From sequence record OR805295.1: DNA of 64,000 nt, one strand, 5' to 3'. Positions 18,067-28,400 of the stretch are shown in pieces. The first letter of the stretch is position 1. Every line of letters starts with the position of its first letter. The notes under the pieces are model-generated. The model was not told the DNA's origin, made no database searches, and saw nothing but the letters and a program-made list of their open reading frames with translations. A program made the position numbers and the translations under genes.

Positions 18067-18287
18067 TGAAAATTAATGATATTATAACAGAAGGTTATTA
18101 TAATCCTGCAGACGATTCTAGTGCAATTGCACATAAGTCAGATACACGTAGACCTAGACTAACATTTTCTCATTTAAATAAGCTTAGAAAAATGAGAGAA
18201 TTGCGTAAAGTAGAAACAGAAGAACATTTAGTGTTGGTTAGACAAATGTATAGCCAACCGACACAATCAGACGATACATTTGGATAA
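18066..18287 (+). CDS. Small head-morphogenesis protein (putative prohead core component)
   Basis: Coupled to portal stop; TRRPRLTFSHLNKLRKMRE...QMY; position equivalent to gp67/68. Confidence 0.6.
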   Translation: MKINDIITEGYYNPADDSSAIAHKSDTRRPRLTFSHLNKLRKMRELRKVETEEHLVLVRQMYSQPTQSDDTFG

Positions 18288-18310
18288 AATTTCTAAAAAT
18301 GTTAGTTTTT

Positions 18311-18332
18311 GGGGCATAAATGCCCCTTTTTT
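18311..18332 (+). terminator. Intrinsic terminator
   Basis: GGGGCA-TAAA-TGCCCC-TTTTTT. Confidence 0.75.
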
Positions 18333-18353
18333 AATATTAAGTGTAAATACCGA

Positions 18354-18361
18354 TATAAATA
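18354..18361 (+). promoter_or_regulatory. T4-consensus late promoter TATAAATA
   Basis: Exact T4 late consensus ending 31 nt upstream of ORF 18393 (AAGGAG RBS). Confidence 0.6.
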
Positions 18362-18392
18362 ATATACAACGTTTTCCTAAAGGAGTAAAAAC

Positions 18393-19205
18393 ATGTCTCA
18401 TCGTAAGGAACTAGAAAAAGTTCTAGATCTTCTACTAAATGAAAATGCAGAACAAGCTTCGGCATTATTACATCAGATTGTTGTAGCTAAAGCTCGCGAT
18501 ATTTACGAACAAGAATCTGCAGATTTTGAAGAAGATTTTGTAAATGAAGAAGTAGGTGGCGACAGCCGCGAATCGTTTATTGACGACATTAAATCTGACG
18601 AAGAAGAAATCGATGCAGATGAAATGTTTGATGATCAGTCTAGCGAATTAAATTCTGAAGATGAAGAAGAAGCTGATGCTGATCAAGATATAGAAGATAA
18701 AGTAGAAGATCTAGAAGCTCAGTTAGCTGCATTAAAAGCAGAATTTGAGACTCTAGTAAGTCAAGAGGAAGATGAACCGTATCATCCTAATTTAGAACAA
18801 GATTTAGATGATGCTGCCGCTGATGCCCTAGAAAAATTTGAAAGTTTAGAAGAAGCAACTAAGTTTAGTGATTCTGTAAACGTAGATATGAAACAAGAAG
18901 GTAAATTAGCAGGAACAGGTAATAAAAGTAAAACTGGTTCTGTAGATAAAGAATCACCTTTTAGTAAACCTACTCAAAAGAAAAATTACGGAGTAGATCC
19001 TGTTAAATTTGCTAAATCTACTAATCAAGGCGCTGAAGCTTCAAAGAAAGCAGACGAATCGTGTGATTTGAATACAGAAGCTACTCCTGAAAAAGTTAGC
19101 GATCCTGCAATGAAACAAGAAGGTAAATTAGCAGGAACAGGTAATAAAAGTAAAACTGGTTCTGTAGATAAAGAATCACCCCTATCTAAAGCACCTAAGA
19201 AGTAA
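18393..19205 (+). CDS. Acidic prohead core / scaffold-like protein
   Basis: Very D/E-rich, coiled coil VEDLEAQLAALKAEFE, between portal and protease. Confidence 0.7.
   Translation: MSHRKELEKVLDLLLNENAEQASALLHQIVVAKARDIYEQESADFEEDFVNEEVGGDSRESFIDDIKSDEEEIDADEMFDDQSSELNSEDEEEADADQDIEDKVEDLEAQLAALKAEFETLVSQEEDEPYHPNLEQDLDDAAADALEKFESLEEATKFSDSVNVDMKQEGKLAGTGNKSKTGSVDKESPFSKPTQKKNYGVDPVKFAKSTNQGAEASKKADESCDLNTEATPEKVSDPAMKQEGKLAGTGNKSKTGSVDKESPLSKAPKK
18888..19180 (+). repeat. Identical 71-nt direct repeat (18888-18958 and 19110-19180)
   Basis: Both copies encode MKQEGKLAGTGNKSKTGSVDKESP. Confidence 0.95.
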
Positions 19206-19223
19206 TTTAGGATAAGTATAAGT

Positions 19224-19856
19224 ATGGCTAGACAGCTTTACGAATATATGTCCCAATCTAAGGGATCGATAATAATAGAACACGGCACCGGACCTGACGG
19301 TGCCCGTGATCTATTTATGCGCGGAATATTTATTCAAGGTGATGTAAAAAATCATAATCAGCGCATCTATCCCCTACATGAAATATCTCATGCAGTTGAA
19401 TCAGTAAAAGCAAAAATACAGGAAGGGTTTTCTGTTTTAGGAGAACTCGATCATCCAGAAGAATTAACTATTAATTTAGACAGAGTGTCTCATATAATCA
19501 CAGAAATGTGGATGGAAGGCAACTGCGGCTACGGCAAATTAAAATTATTAGATACTCCTACTGGAATTATTGCTAAAAGCTTATTAACTGCCGGAGCCAA
19601 ATTGGGCGTAAGTTCTCGCGGCTCAGGTAATGTAGGTTATGACGGTGTAGTGAGCGACTTTGATATTGTAACAGTTGACATTGTTGCACAACCGAGCGCG
19701 CCTAATGCATATCCTAAACCTATATATGAAAGTTTATACAACATGAAAGGCGGCGAAATCATTATGGATTTAGCCCGTAACACACCACAGGATCCTAGTG
19801 CAGATAAATATCTCAGTAGGGAAATAATAAAACTTATATCCGAATTGAAAAAATAG
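19224..19856 (+). CDS. gp21: Prohead protease gp21
   Basis: GIFIQGDVKNHNQRIYP, GELDHP, LGVSSRGSG, DIVAQPSAPNAY motifs. Confidence 0.95.
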   Translation: MARQLYEYMSQSKGSIIIEHGTGPDGARDLFMRGIFIQGDVKNHNQRIYPLHEISHAVESVKAKIQEGFSVLGELDHPEELTINLDRVSHIITEMWMEGNCGYGKLKLLDTPTGIIAKSLLTAGAKLGVSSRGSGNVGYDGVVSDFDIVTVDIVAQPSAPNAYPKPIYESLYNMKGGEIIMDLARNTPQDPSADKYLSREIIKLISELKK

Positions 19857-19868
19857 TAGGAGATTTAA

Positions 19869-20975
19869 ATGACAGTGAAGTTCGAACATATCCTAAACGA
19901 ACAAACTTCTTTAAGTGCAGAAGTAAAATCTGCTATTACAGAAGCATGGGAAGCTCGTATAGGACAAGTAAAAGAAGAACTCACTGCTGAGCTTCGTGAA
20001 GAATTTGCTCGTAAGTTTGCACACGACAAAGAACAACTTGTCGAAGCAATGGACAAATTCTTAGAAGAAAAAATCCGCAGTGAAATCGAAGAATTTGCTC
20101 AAGACAAACGAGAACTAGCTGCCGAACGAGTTCAAGCTAAAATGCAAGTAAAAGAACATATCGAAATGCTCGATAAGTTCTTAATAGATGCAGTTTCTAA
20201 AGAAGTCAAAGAACTTCGTGAAGATCGCCGTGCAATTAAAGGCAATCTAGAGAAACTAGAAGAGTTTGCACTCACTAATCTTGCAACCGAAGTTAAAGAG
20301 CTTCGGGAAGAAAAGCAAGCATTAGTTCGTCAGAAAGTTAAATTAATTAGTGAAGCAAAAAAACAACTAGCAGAAACTAAAAAGCAGTTCATAAAGAAAG
20401 CGTCGCAAATAGTAGACACAAACATTAATAGCGTATTGCAAGAAGAAATAAAGCAATATAAAGAAGATATTGATGCTGCTCGTCGAAATGACTTTGGACG
20501 TCGTTTATTTGAAGCTTTTGCTGCAGAGTACATGACTTCGCATCTAAACGAAGGTAGTGAACTTAAGAAACTCAAAAATATTCTTATACAAAAAGAAGAA
20601 GCCCTTAATGAAGCTTTATCTCATGTAGAAGAACGTGAAGCACTTGCAGAAAATCTACGCACTCGCATTTCTGTATTAGAAGAGCGTGTTAAACGTAGCT
20701 CTGTAATGTCTGAATTGTTAGCTCCGCTAAATAAAGAAAAGCGTAGTGTAATGCAAGATCTTTTAGAGTCTGTAAAAACAGAACATTTAAAAGTTGCATA
20801 TAACAAATATTTGCCAGCAGTGCTAGATTGTAGTGCAGCACCGGCAAGTAAAAAAGAAGCTCTAACTGAGTCAGCAAGAGCTGTAAAAACTGGTAACAGG
20901 GCGTCTAGCGTTGCCCAGCAAGATGACTCATCTGTAGGCGTTGAAGAATTAAGACGCCTAGCAGGCATTAAGTAA
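19869..20975 (+). CDS. gp22: Prohead scaffold protein gp22
   Basis: Long coiled coil between protease and capsid genes; GATAAATA at 19803-10 upstream. Confidence 0.85.
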   Translation: MTVKFEHILNEQTSLSAEVKSAITEAWEARIGQVKEELTAELREEFARKFAHDKEQLVEAMDKFLEEKIRSEIEEFAQDKRELAAERVQAKMQVKEHIEMLDKFLIDAVSKEVKELREDRRAIKGNLEKLEEFALTNLATEVKELREEKQALVRQKVKLISEAKKQLAETKKQFIKKASQIVDTNINSVLQEEIKQYKEDIDAARRNDFGRRLFEAFAAEYMTSHLNEGSELKKLKNILIQKEEALNEALSHVEEREALAENLRTRISVLEERVKRSSVMSELLAPLNKEKRSVMQDLLESVKTEHLKVAYNKYLPAVLDCSAAPASKKEALTESARAVKTGNRASSVAQQDDSSVGVEELRRLAGIK

Positions 20976-20994
20976 TTAGGAGAATAACTTAAAA

Positions 20995-22182
20995 ATGTCT
21001 AATCGTCTATTTGAAAGCAACTGGGCTGCTACTAAAAGCGCCCTCACTGAAGGTCTAAAAGGTCAACGTAAGTCGACTATGGACGCAGTAATGGAAAACA
21101 CTAAGCGTTTCTTAGTTGAAAATGCTTCCGCCGGTGCTACCCAAGCCGGTAACATAGCTACTATCAACAAAGTAATGCTACCCCTAATCCGTCGTGTTAT
21201 GCCTTCCGTTATTGCTAACGAAATTATGGGTGTACAGCCTATGACTGGTCCCGTAGGTCAGATACATACCCTACGTGTTCGTTATGCTGATACTGCATCT
21301 GGTGTTCAAGCTGGCACTGAAGCACTAAGCCCGTTCGATATTGCAAAAGCATATTCTGGTAACGAAGCTTTAAACAACAGCACTAACCCAGTTCCAGGCG
21401 CTGCCAACACTTCTCGTATGGAAGGTTTTGCCGGTAATCGCATGAACATTCAAATTCTAAAAGAAACCGTAGAAGCACGTACTCGTCGTCTAAGCGCTCG
21501 CTGGACCTTCGAATCTGCACAGGATGCTAATGCTCTTCACGGTATAGATATAGAAGCTGAAATCATGCAAGCTTTAGCTCAAGAAATTACCGTCGAAATC
21601 GACCAAGAAATGCTAAATCGTCTACGTATTTTAGCTGGTCCGGCTCCTGTAACTTATAACCAAGCTGCTGTATCTGGTACTGCTACTTATGTTGGTGATG
21701 AACATGCTGCATTAGCTGTAATGATCAACCAACAGGCTAACTTAGTTGCTGCTCGTACTCGTCGCGGCGCTGCTAACTGGGCTGTTATTTCGCCTAACGC
21801 ACTAACTGTTCTACAGTCTGCAACTACTTCGACTTTTGCTCGTACTACTGAAGGTGTATTTGAAGCGCCTACTAACGTTAAATTTGCAGGTACCTTAAAC
21901 GGAACTATGCGCATTTATGTAGATACTTATGCTGCTGAAGATGAAAAAGTTTTAATCGGTTATAAAGGTTCGACCGAAACTGATGCTGCTGCATTCTTCT
22001 GCCCGTATATTCCGTTAATGAGCACTGGTCCGGTAATTGATCCTACTACTTTCGAGCCTGTAGTATCATTTATGTCCAGATACGGTTACTTAGAACTCAC
22101 CAATACTGCTAACTCGCTGGGTAACGGTGCTGACTATCTAAGTTCGATTGCTATAGATGCATCCACTCTTAAATTCTTCTAA
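20995..22182 (+). CDS. gp23: Major capsid protein gp23
   Basis: LIRRVMPSVIANEIMGVQPMTGPVG, ARTRRLSARWT, EITVEIDQE, RTRRGAANW, FCPYIPL; strong codon bias. Confidence 0.97.
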   Translation: MSNRLFESNWAATKSALTEGLKGQRKSTMDAVMENTKRFLVENASAGATQAGNIATINKVMLPLIRRVMPSVIANEIMGVQPMTGPVGQIHTLRVRYADTASGVQAGTEALSPFDIAKAYSGNEALNNSTNPVPGAANTSRMEGFAGNRMNIQILKETVEARTRRLSARWTFESAQDANALHGIDIEAEIMQALAQEITVEIDQEMLNRLRILAGPAPVTYNQAAVSGTATYVGDEHAALAVMINQQANLVAARTRRGAANWAVISPNALTVLQSATTSTFARTTEGVFEAPTNVKFAGTLNGTMRIYVDTYAAEDEKVLIGYKGSTETDAAAFFCPYIPLMSTGPVIDPTTFEPVVSFMSRYGYLELTNTANSLGNGADYLSSIAIDASTLKFF

Positions 22183-22218
22183 TAATAACAAGTTATACTT
22201 GTTATTCGAAGAATACCA

Positions 22219-22250
22219 AAAAAAGTGTAGTAGAAATACTACACTTTTTT
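22219..22250 (+). terminator. Intrinsic terminator after gp23
   Basis: AAAAAAGTGTAGTA-GAAA-TACTACACTTTTTT. Confidence 0.9.
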
Positions 22251-22251
22251 A

Positions 22252-22280
22252 TTGACTAGAAAAAAATAATTTGTTAGTAT
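22252..22280 (+). promoter_or_regulatory. Sigma70-type promoter for Hef-like gene 1
   Basis: TTGACT-17 nt-TAGTAT directly after the terminator. Confidence 0.65.
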
Positions 22281-22300
22281 TATAAAAAACTATTTTATAT

Positions 22301-23878
22301 ATGTCAGACTTAATAATACAAATAAAAGAATTGATAAAAAGTAAACCAAAGCATTTCAGTGTTTTGATTAAAAAAGATTTAAAATTAGCAGAATTTGTAG
22401 AGCAACACTGCACTAATCCCTATAATACTGTGTATGCTGCTAAAGTGTATACTGCTATAACCGGCGAAAAAGAAGAATGCAAATACGGAAACACAAAAAA
22501 ATTTAATTCAATAAATGACGGGTTTAGATTTTGTGGTACTGCATCCTCGTGCAAGTGTTGTAAAGAAAGTGTATCTAATAACTTAGTGCAATCAAAAAAG
22601 ATAGAAAATAAAGAAATATCAAAGAAAAAGCGTGAAAAAACTAATCTAAAAAAATACGGAGTATCAAATACTGGGCAATCTGCTATTGCTCTACAAAATC
22701 ATGCAAAATTTTACGAAAATAAACAAAATGTAGACAAAGTAACGTCTAAGATAAAGCACACTAAGTCAATAAAATACGGTAACAAAAATTTTAATGGTAA
22801 TAAATGGTATTCTAAAATATCGGAAAAACTAAAAGAAAATAATTTATCTTTTACTATACAAGAACATGAATATAAAGGTATGGCAGAAACATATTGCATA
22901 AAATGTGGAACCTGTAATACCACTTTTATGTCTAAGGTTAGATATAGTAGTATACCGACTTGTGCAATATGTATGCCAGAATTGACAGTATGTAATTCAA
23001 CACAAGAACAAGAATTATTTAATTTTATAAGACAACATTATTCTGGAGAAATAATAACTGGATCTAGAAAAATATTAGATTCTGGAAAAAGTTTAGATAT
23101 ATACCTTCCTGAAAAAAATCTTGCGATAGAATATAATGAGCTTTATTGGCATGTAATGGATAACGATCGTTTACCGCACATAACCAAAACGTATCATTAT
23201 GACAAATATATAGGTTGTAAAGAAAAGGGAATATCGTTAATTACTATATATGGACATTTGTATAACTCTAAAAAAACTATAATAGAAAACAGATTACTTC
23301 ATAAATTAGGCTATACACAAGAGACGGTATATGCTAGAAAATGTATTATTAAAGATGTGCCTTCTGCAGAAGAAAAAGAATTTTTGAATAAAACGCATAT
23401 ACAAGGTTATGTTCCGTCATCTATAAAATACGGATTGTATTTTAATGATGTATTAGTTGCATTAATGAGTTTTATAAAATCATCTAACAGAAACATTTCG
23501 GGAAATAACAGATACGACTACGAATTGCTTAGATATGCAACATCTTGTTCGGTACTAGGCGGTGCATCTAAATTGTTTTCTCATTTTGTAAAGAATAATA
23601 TTCCTAATTCTATAGTTTCATATTCACAAAACGAATGGAATACAGGCAATGTTTACCGTATATTAGGGTTCAAACAAGAACCTAAAATAAACATAGGATA
23701 TTGGTATGTAAGTCCGGATTTTTGTAAAGTATATCATAGGACTAATTATACTAAAAAGAAATTAATAGAACATGGCTTTAATTCAAATAAGTCAGAACAC
23801 CAGATAATGGAAGAGCGTGGATTTAGACGACTATATGATTGTGGTAATACCAAATGGGTGTGGGAAAACAAAATATAA
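22301..23878 (+). CDS. Hef-like free-standing homing endonuclease (Zn ribbons, Vsr/DUF559-like nuclease, Mom-like GNAT domain)
   Basis: STQEQEL...LDIYLPEKNLAIEYNELYWH nuclease motif; C-terminal YARKC...THIQG...YELLRYA...GGASKLF...IVSYS...YDCG..KWVW. Confidence 0.75.
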   Translation: MSDLIIQIKELIKSKPKHFSVLIKKDLKLAEFVEQHCTNPYNTVYAAKVYTAITGEKEECKYGNTKKFNSINDGFRFCGTASSCKCCKESVSNNLVQSKKIENKEISKKKREKTNLKKYGVSNTGQSAIALQNHAKFYENKQNVDKVTSKIKHTKSIKYGNKNFNGNKWYSKISEKLKENNLSFTIQEHEYKGMAETYCIKCGTCNTTFMSKVRYSSIPTCAICMPELTVCNSTQEQELFNFIRQHYSGEIITGSRKILDSGKSLDIYLPEKNLAIEYNELYWHVMDNDRLPHITKTYHYDKYIGCKEKGISLITIYGHLYNSKKTIIENRLLHKLGYTQETVYARKCIIKDVPSAEEKEFLNKTHIQGYVPSSIKYGLYFNDVLVALMSFIKSSNRNISGNNRYDYELLRYATSCSVLGGASKLFSHFVKNNIPNSIVSYSQNEWNTGNVYRILGFKQEPKINIGYWYVSPDFCKVYHRTNYTKKKLIEHGFNSNKSEHQIMEERGFRRLYDCGNTKWVWENKI

Positions 23879-23929
23879 GTTTTTAAAATACAGAGTTGTG
23901 TTATACTTTAAAAATAAAAGGGGTTTTTA

Positions 23930-24394
23930 GTGTCAGACATAGTTGATATACGTTTTGAGTTTGTAGGATACGATTCAGACATAAAATACGTAAATAATTG
24001 CGAAAATAGTGGATGTTATGATGAGGGTATATGTCGTTGTGGACATTTTGAAGATACAGATATAAATGGTATACCAGATGATCCCGAATATATTTTTCCA
24101 ACTAAAATGTCTGTATGGAGACGAGTAGGATATAATGGAATATATGATGATTACAAACATAGTTACTATGAAATCACTGAATCCGATAGAAAATATTTTG
24201 CAAAAATAATGCATTTTATCGGTTATACACTAGATTCTTTTTATTTTGATATCGAATCGGGGTACTATGGCGAAGAAGGCGGAGATCTAGTACACGATAA
24301 ACAGGGCTTGTTAAAATCTGCCATGATTGACATTTTAAACAGACCCGACGAAGAAGACAGATTGGTGTATTTATTATCTAAAACTTGGGAATAA
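23930..24394 (+). CDS. Cys-cluster hypothetical protein, paralogue of next ORF
   Basis: NCENSGCYDEGICRC and GYYGEE motifs shared with 24396..25094. Confidence 0.75.
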   Translation: MSDIVDIRFEFVGYDSDIKYVNNCENSGCYDEGICRCGHFEDTDINGIPDDPEYIFPTKMSVWRRVGYNGIYDDYKHSYYEITESDRKYFAKIMHFIGYTLDSFYFDIESGYYGEEGGDLVHDKQGLLKSAMIDILNRPDEEDRLVYLLSKTWE

Positions 24395-24395
24395 T

Positions 24396-25094
24396 ATGGA
24401 TACATTCATTACATTTTATGGCAGATACTATGCAACTTTAGATTACGAACTGCAACACAATTGTAATAACGATTGTATAGAAAGCGGAATATGCAGATGT
24501 TCTGTAATAACATCCCCTGTAGTGGTATCTATCAATAACTATAAAGTGTATGATATGGTCGAGGTGTTAGTAAATAAACCCGATTTAAACGGAACACCTA
24601 GATGTGTTAGATATATGTATAGTCAAATAGAGCAATATTGTGTAGAAAGAATCATAACAAAACATAAAATTTTAGACGGTTCACTATATTATGTAACTGT
24701 AGAACGTGGTTATTACGGTGATGAAATCGGTGACATAATCCATGAAAATGAACAAAATGCAATGGATGATATATTAACGATGATTTCATTAAAAACCGAT
24801 ATAGAAAAACTACATTATGTTTTAATGTTAGAATACGGGTATATTGCTCCTATAATTTCTGAGTGTAAAAACTTGGCTATTAAAAAAGTATGTATAAACG
24901 ATATAGTTCCTACTATTGCATATAAAAGTATGGAACCTCAGCATACCTATCATTTAGATGTATATGATGATATGATAATGGGTGTGCTAAAGGGAAATAA
25001 ATTGATTGATGGTAATCATAGATATTCATTTTATATGAATAAAATGAGAGATAAAAATAAAGATAACTTTGTATATTATATAGAATTATCTTAA
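24396..25094 (+). CDS. Cys-cluster protein with C-terminal ParB-like motif
   Basis: NCNNDCIESGICRC, GYYGDE, and LIDGNHRY. Confidence 0.7.
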   Translation: MDTFITFYGRYYATLDYELQHNCNNDCIESGICRCSVITSPVVVSINNYKVYDMVEVLVNKPDLNGTPRCVRYMYSQIEQYCVERIITKHKILDGSLYYVTVERGYYGDEIGDIIHENEQNAMDDILTMISLKTDIEKLHYVLMLEYGYIAPIISECKNLAIKKVCINDIVPTIAYKSMEPQHTYHLDVYDDMIMGVLKGNKLIDGNHRYSFYMNKMRDKNKDNFVYYIELS

Positions 25095-25104
25095 CGGTGT
25101 ATAT

Positions 25105-25410
25105 ATGAAAACAATAGGCGTGGATTATGATGACACTATATCACAAGATGATAACGGATGGTTATCTGTATTACTTGCACTTGAGCACATTGGATACAGG
25201 GTTGTTATTGTTACTTACCGTAATCCTACCTGCTATCCAGAAGATCTTCAATTTTTAATAGATAAAGGATATAAGGTATACTTTACAAGTCAACATGCTA
25301 AAAGAACGTATATGGAAAATCTTGGCATAGATATAGATATTTGGATAGACGATAGTCCCGAATCTATATTATATAATTATGATTCATATTTAGGTAAGTA
25401 TATAAAATAA
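25105..25410 (+). CDS. Minimal HAD-superfamily phosphatase
   Basis: IGVDYDDT (motif I), IVTYR (motif II), IWIDD (motif IV). Confidence 0.8.
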   Translation: MKTIGVDYDDTISQDDNGWLSVLLALEHIGYRVVIVTYRNPTCYPEDLQFLIDKGYKVYFTSQHAKRTYMENLGIDIDIWIDDSPESILYNYDSYLGKYIK

Positions 25411-25435
25411 AAAAGGAGCATAATGCTCCTTTTTT
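25409..25435 (+). terminator. Intrinsic terminator
   Basis: AAAAAAGGAGCA-TAA-TGCTCCTTTTTT. Confidence 0.85.
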
Positions 25436-25438
25436 ATT

Positions 25439-25446
25439 GATAAATA
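25439..25446 (+). promoter_or_regulatory. Putative late promoter GATAAATA for fibre gene
   Basis: Exact motif 24 nt upstream of start 25471. Confidence 0.7.
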
Positions 25447-25470
25447 TATGCATCTTAAGGAATAAGGTGT

Positions 25471-28400
25471 ATGTCGAGTAAAATTAAATTCACGGATCAA
25501 TATATCCTATCTAGTGTTGGGCAAACTTCTAATAATATAGTATATTTGCAAGTAAATGATGATCAGCAATTAGTTGTTACTCATCCTATGTATGCAACTG
25601 AATGGTCTACATTAGGTGGGCTTAGAGTAACAGGTGATCAGTCTAAATTTGATGGATCATTAGAAGTTGGATATGAATTGCTAGTAGGACAAACATCTAC
25701 CTTTAACAACGACATGGTAGTAAACGGTTTAGTTACAGTAAACAGAGATTCTCTAGATGCAATGCTCATTCACGGGAATGTTACATTACATGGCAACTTA
25801 ACTGTAGTAGGTAGCAGCTCAGGGACTACACCCGGGCAAGTAACTATTTCCGACAACATTATGGTCGTGAATACAGATGACGTAGGTCCGGGCGTCACTG
25901 CAACATATTCTGGTTTTGAAGTCCAGCGTGGAATTCCCGTAGGCGAAACTAATAGTCACGGTGAACCTGGCCAAGGTAAATTGCCTTCTGCTGGATTAGT
26001 TTGGAATGAAGTGCAAAAATCCTGGGATCTTAATTATAACCCTATTCTTTCTGAAAAATTACCACAAAATCCTAGAATAATTAACTTAGGGCAGCCAGTT
26101 GCTGACAACGATGCTTCTACAAAAAAATATGTGAATGATAGCATAACTGCTGCACTTGACGATGATATTTATTTAGATAGACTTACTGATGTAACAATTT
26201 CTTCTCCGGCTAATAAAAATATACTACAGTACGATTCTTCTACATCGCAATGGAGAAATTTACCATATTCGTTTATACGATTAACGGATGTAACTGGTGT
26301 ATCTGTCCCGAGAGGATATGTAAGATGGAATGCAGCAGGAACACAGTTAGTATATGAAACCACTATAGATTATGCACAGTTAACTGGATTGTCTGATGTA
26401 GCTAAAGCAGGACAAGGGGCTCTAAGTTTTCTTAGTGATGTAACGTTATCATCGTTATCTAATACACAGGCATTATTTTATAATGGAACCTCTTGGGTTA
26501 ATAGACTAATTAATTACTCCGACATTCAAAATACTCCTACTAACAATTCGTATAGTTTTATTGGATTAAATGATACAAATAATACAGTTGTTAATAACGG
26601 ATATGTAAGATGGAATGCAGCAGGAACACAGTTAGTATATGAAACCACTATAGATTATGCACAGTTAACTGGATTGTCTGATGTAGCTAAAGCAGGACAA
26701 GGATCGTTAGATTATTTAACAGATGTTAGTATAGGAACTGCTAGCTCCGGTAATGTACTAAGATATAACGGAACTGATTGGGTAAACCAAGTATTATCAT
26801 ATACTGATCTTTCTAATACCCCTACTAACAATTCGTATAGTTTTATTGGGTTAAATGATACTAATGATACTGCACTTTCGGGTGGTTATTTACGATGGAA
26901 TCCCACCGGAACACAGATAGTATATCAATCCACTATAGATTATGCACAGTTAACTGGGTTATCTTCTGTTGCTAAAGCAGGTCAAGGGGCTCTAAGTTTT
27001 CTTAGTGATGTAACTATATCGTCACCTGGCGCTAGTAATACATTGCGATACGATACTACTTCATCTAAATGGGTAAACACTAGACTTGCTTATTCCGATT
27101 TAACAGGTCAACCAACCTCTGCTAATTATCAACTAGTTGGGTTAAGCGATACTGCAAGCACATCTGTACCATTGGGATATCTTAGATGGAACGCCGCTGG
27201 AACTCAAGTAACATATGCTACTACGATAGATATATCAGTTATATCTGGTAAATCTACTGTAGCTTCTGCTGGTTCAGCAACACTATCTAATCTAGAAGAT
27301 GCTGCTGTTACAACGCCTGCTGCTGGGAATACTTTAATATGGAATGCGTCTACAAATAAATGGACAAACGGCATATTGGATGTATCTAATATTACTAATG
27401 CTGTACCTGTTAGTAGAACAGTATCTGCAGGAACTGGTCTATCTGGCGGAGGAAATTTATCTAGTAATATTACGTTGTCGGTTAATAGAACATTAACTGA
27501 TACATGGTATGCTGCTGCATCACATACACATGATGCATCTAATATTACGTCTGGTGTTATTGCGAATGCTAGACTGCCAGTTGGAAGCACAACAGCACAA
27601 GGTATTTTACAGTTAACAGATGGTGTTGCTAGCACATCTACAACTACTGCCGCTACACCTAATTCGGTAAAAACTGCATATGACTTAGCAACGACAAAAG
27701 CTAATATATCACATACTCATGATGCATCTAATATTACTACTGGTACTATTGCTGTAGCCAGACTTCCAGTTTCGTCTACTACTGCACAAGGTATAGTTCA
27801 GCTTACTGACGGTGTTGCTAGTACATCTACAACTACTGCTGCTACACCTAATTCAGTAAAAACTGCATATGATTTAGCAACGACAAAAGCTAATGCTTCT
27901 CACACCCACGATGCATCTAATATTACGTCTGGTGTTATTGCGAATGCTAGATTACCGTTTGCCTCAACTACTGTATATGGTATAGTAACTCTGTTAGATT
28001 CAGTTGCCAGTACATCTATATCTACTGCTGCTACACCGAATTCGGTGAAAACTGCATATGACTTAGCAACGACAAAAGCTAATATATCACATACACATAC
28101 TCCTGCTCAAGTAGGTTTATCGAATATTTCTAATAACGGAAATACTATAACGGGAAATACAACTATATCCGGTGCATTGTCAGTAACAGGAAATGCTGTT
28201 TTTAATACATCTGATATAAAATTAAAAGATAATATACAGCCTATTAAAAATCCAGTAGAACTTCTTAGCAAAATTTCAGGATATACCTATACTAGAAATG
28301 ATTGCAATAACGAAAAACAAACCGGTATTATTGCGCAGGAAGTTGAAACGATACAACCTGAAAGTGTAAGAGAGGTAGACGGTATAAAAACTGTAAACCA

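Noticed and set aside
7795-22182. Inteins or introns in gp46, portal, protease or capsid genes
   Set aside because: Lengths and motif spacing are continuous; no intein terminal His-Asn/Cys blocks or frame breaks were seen.
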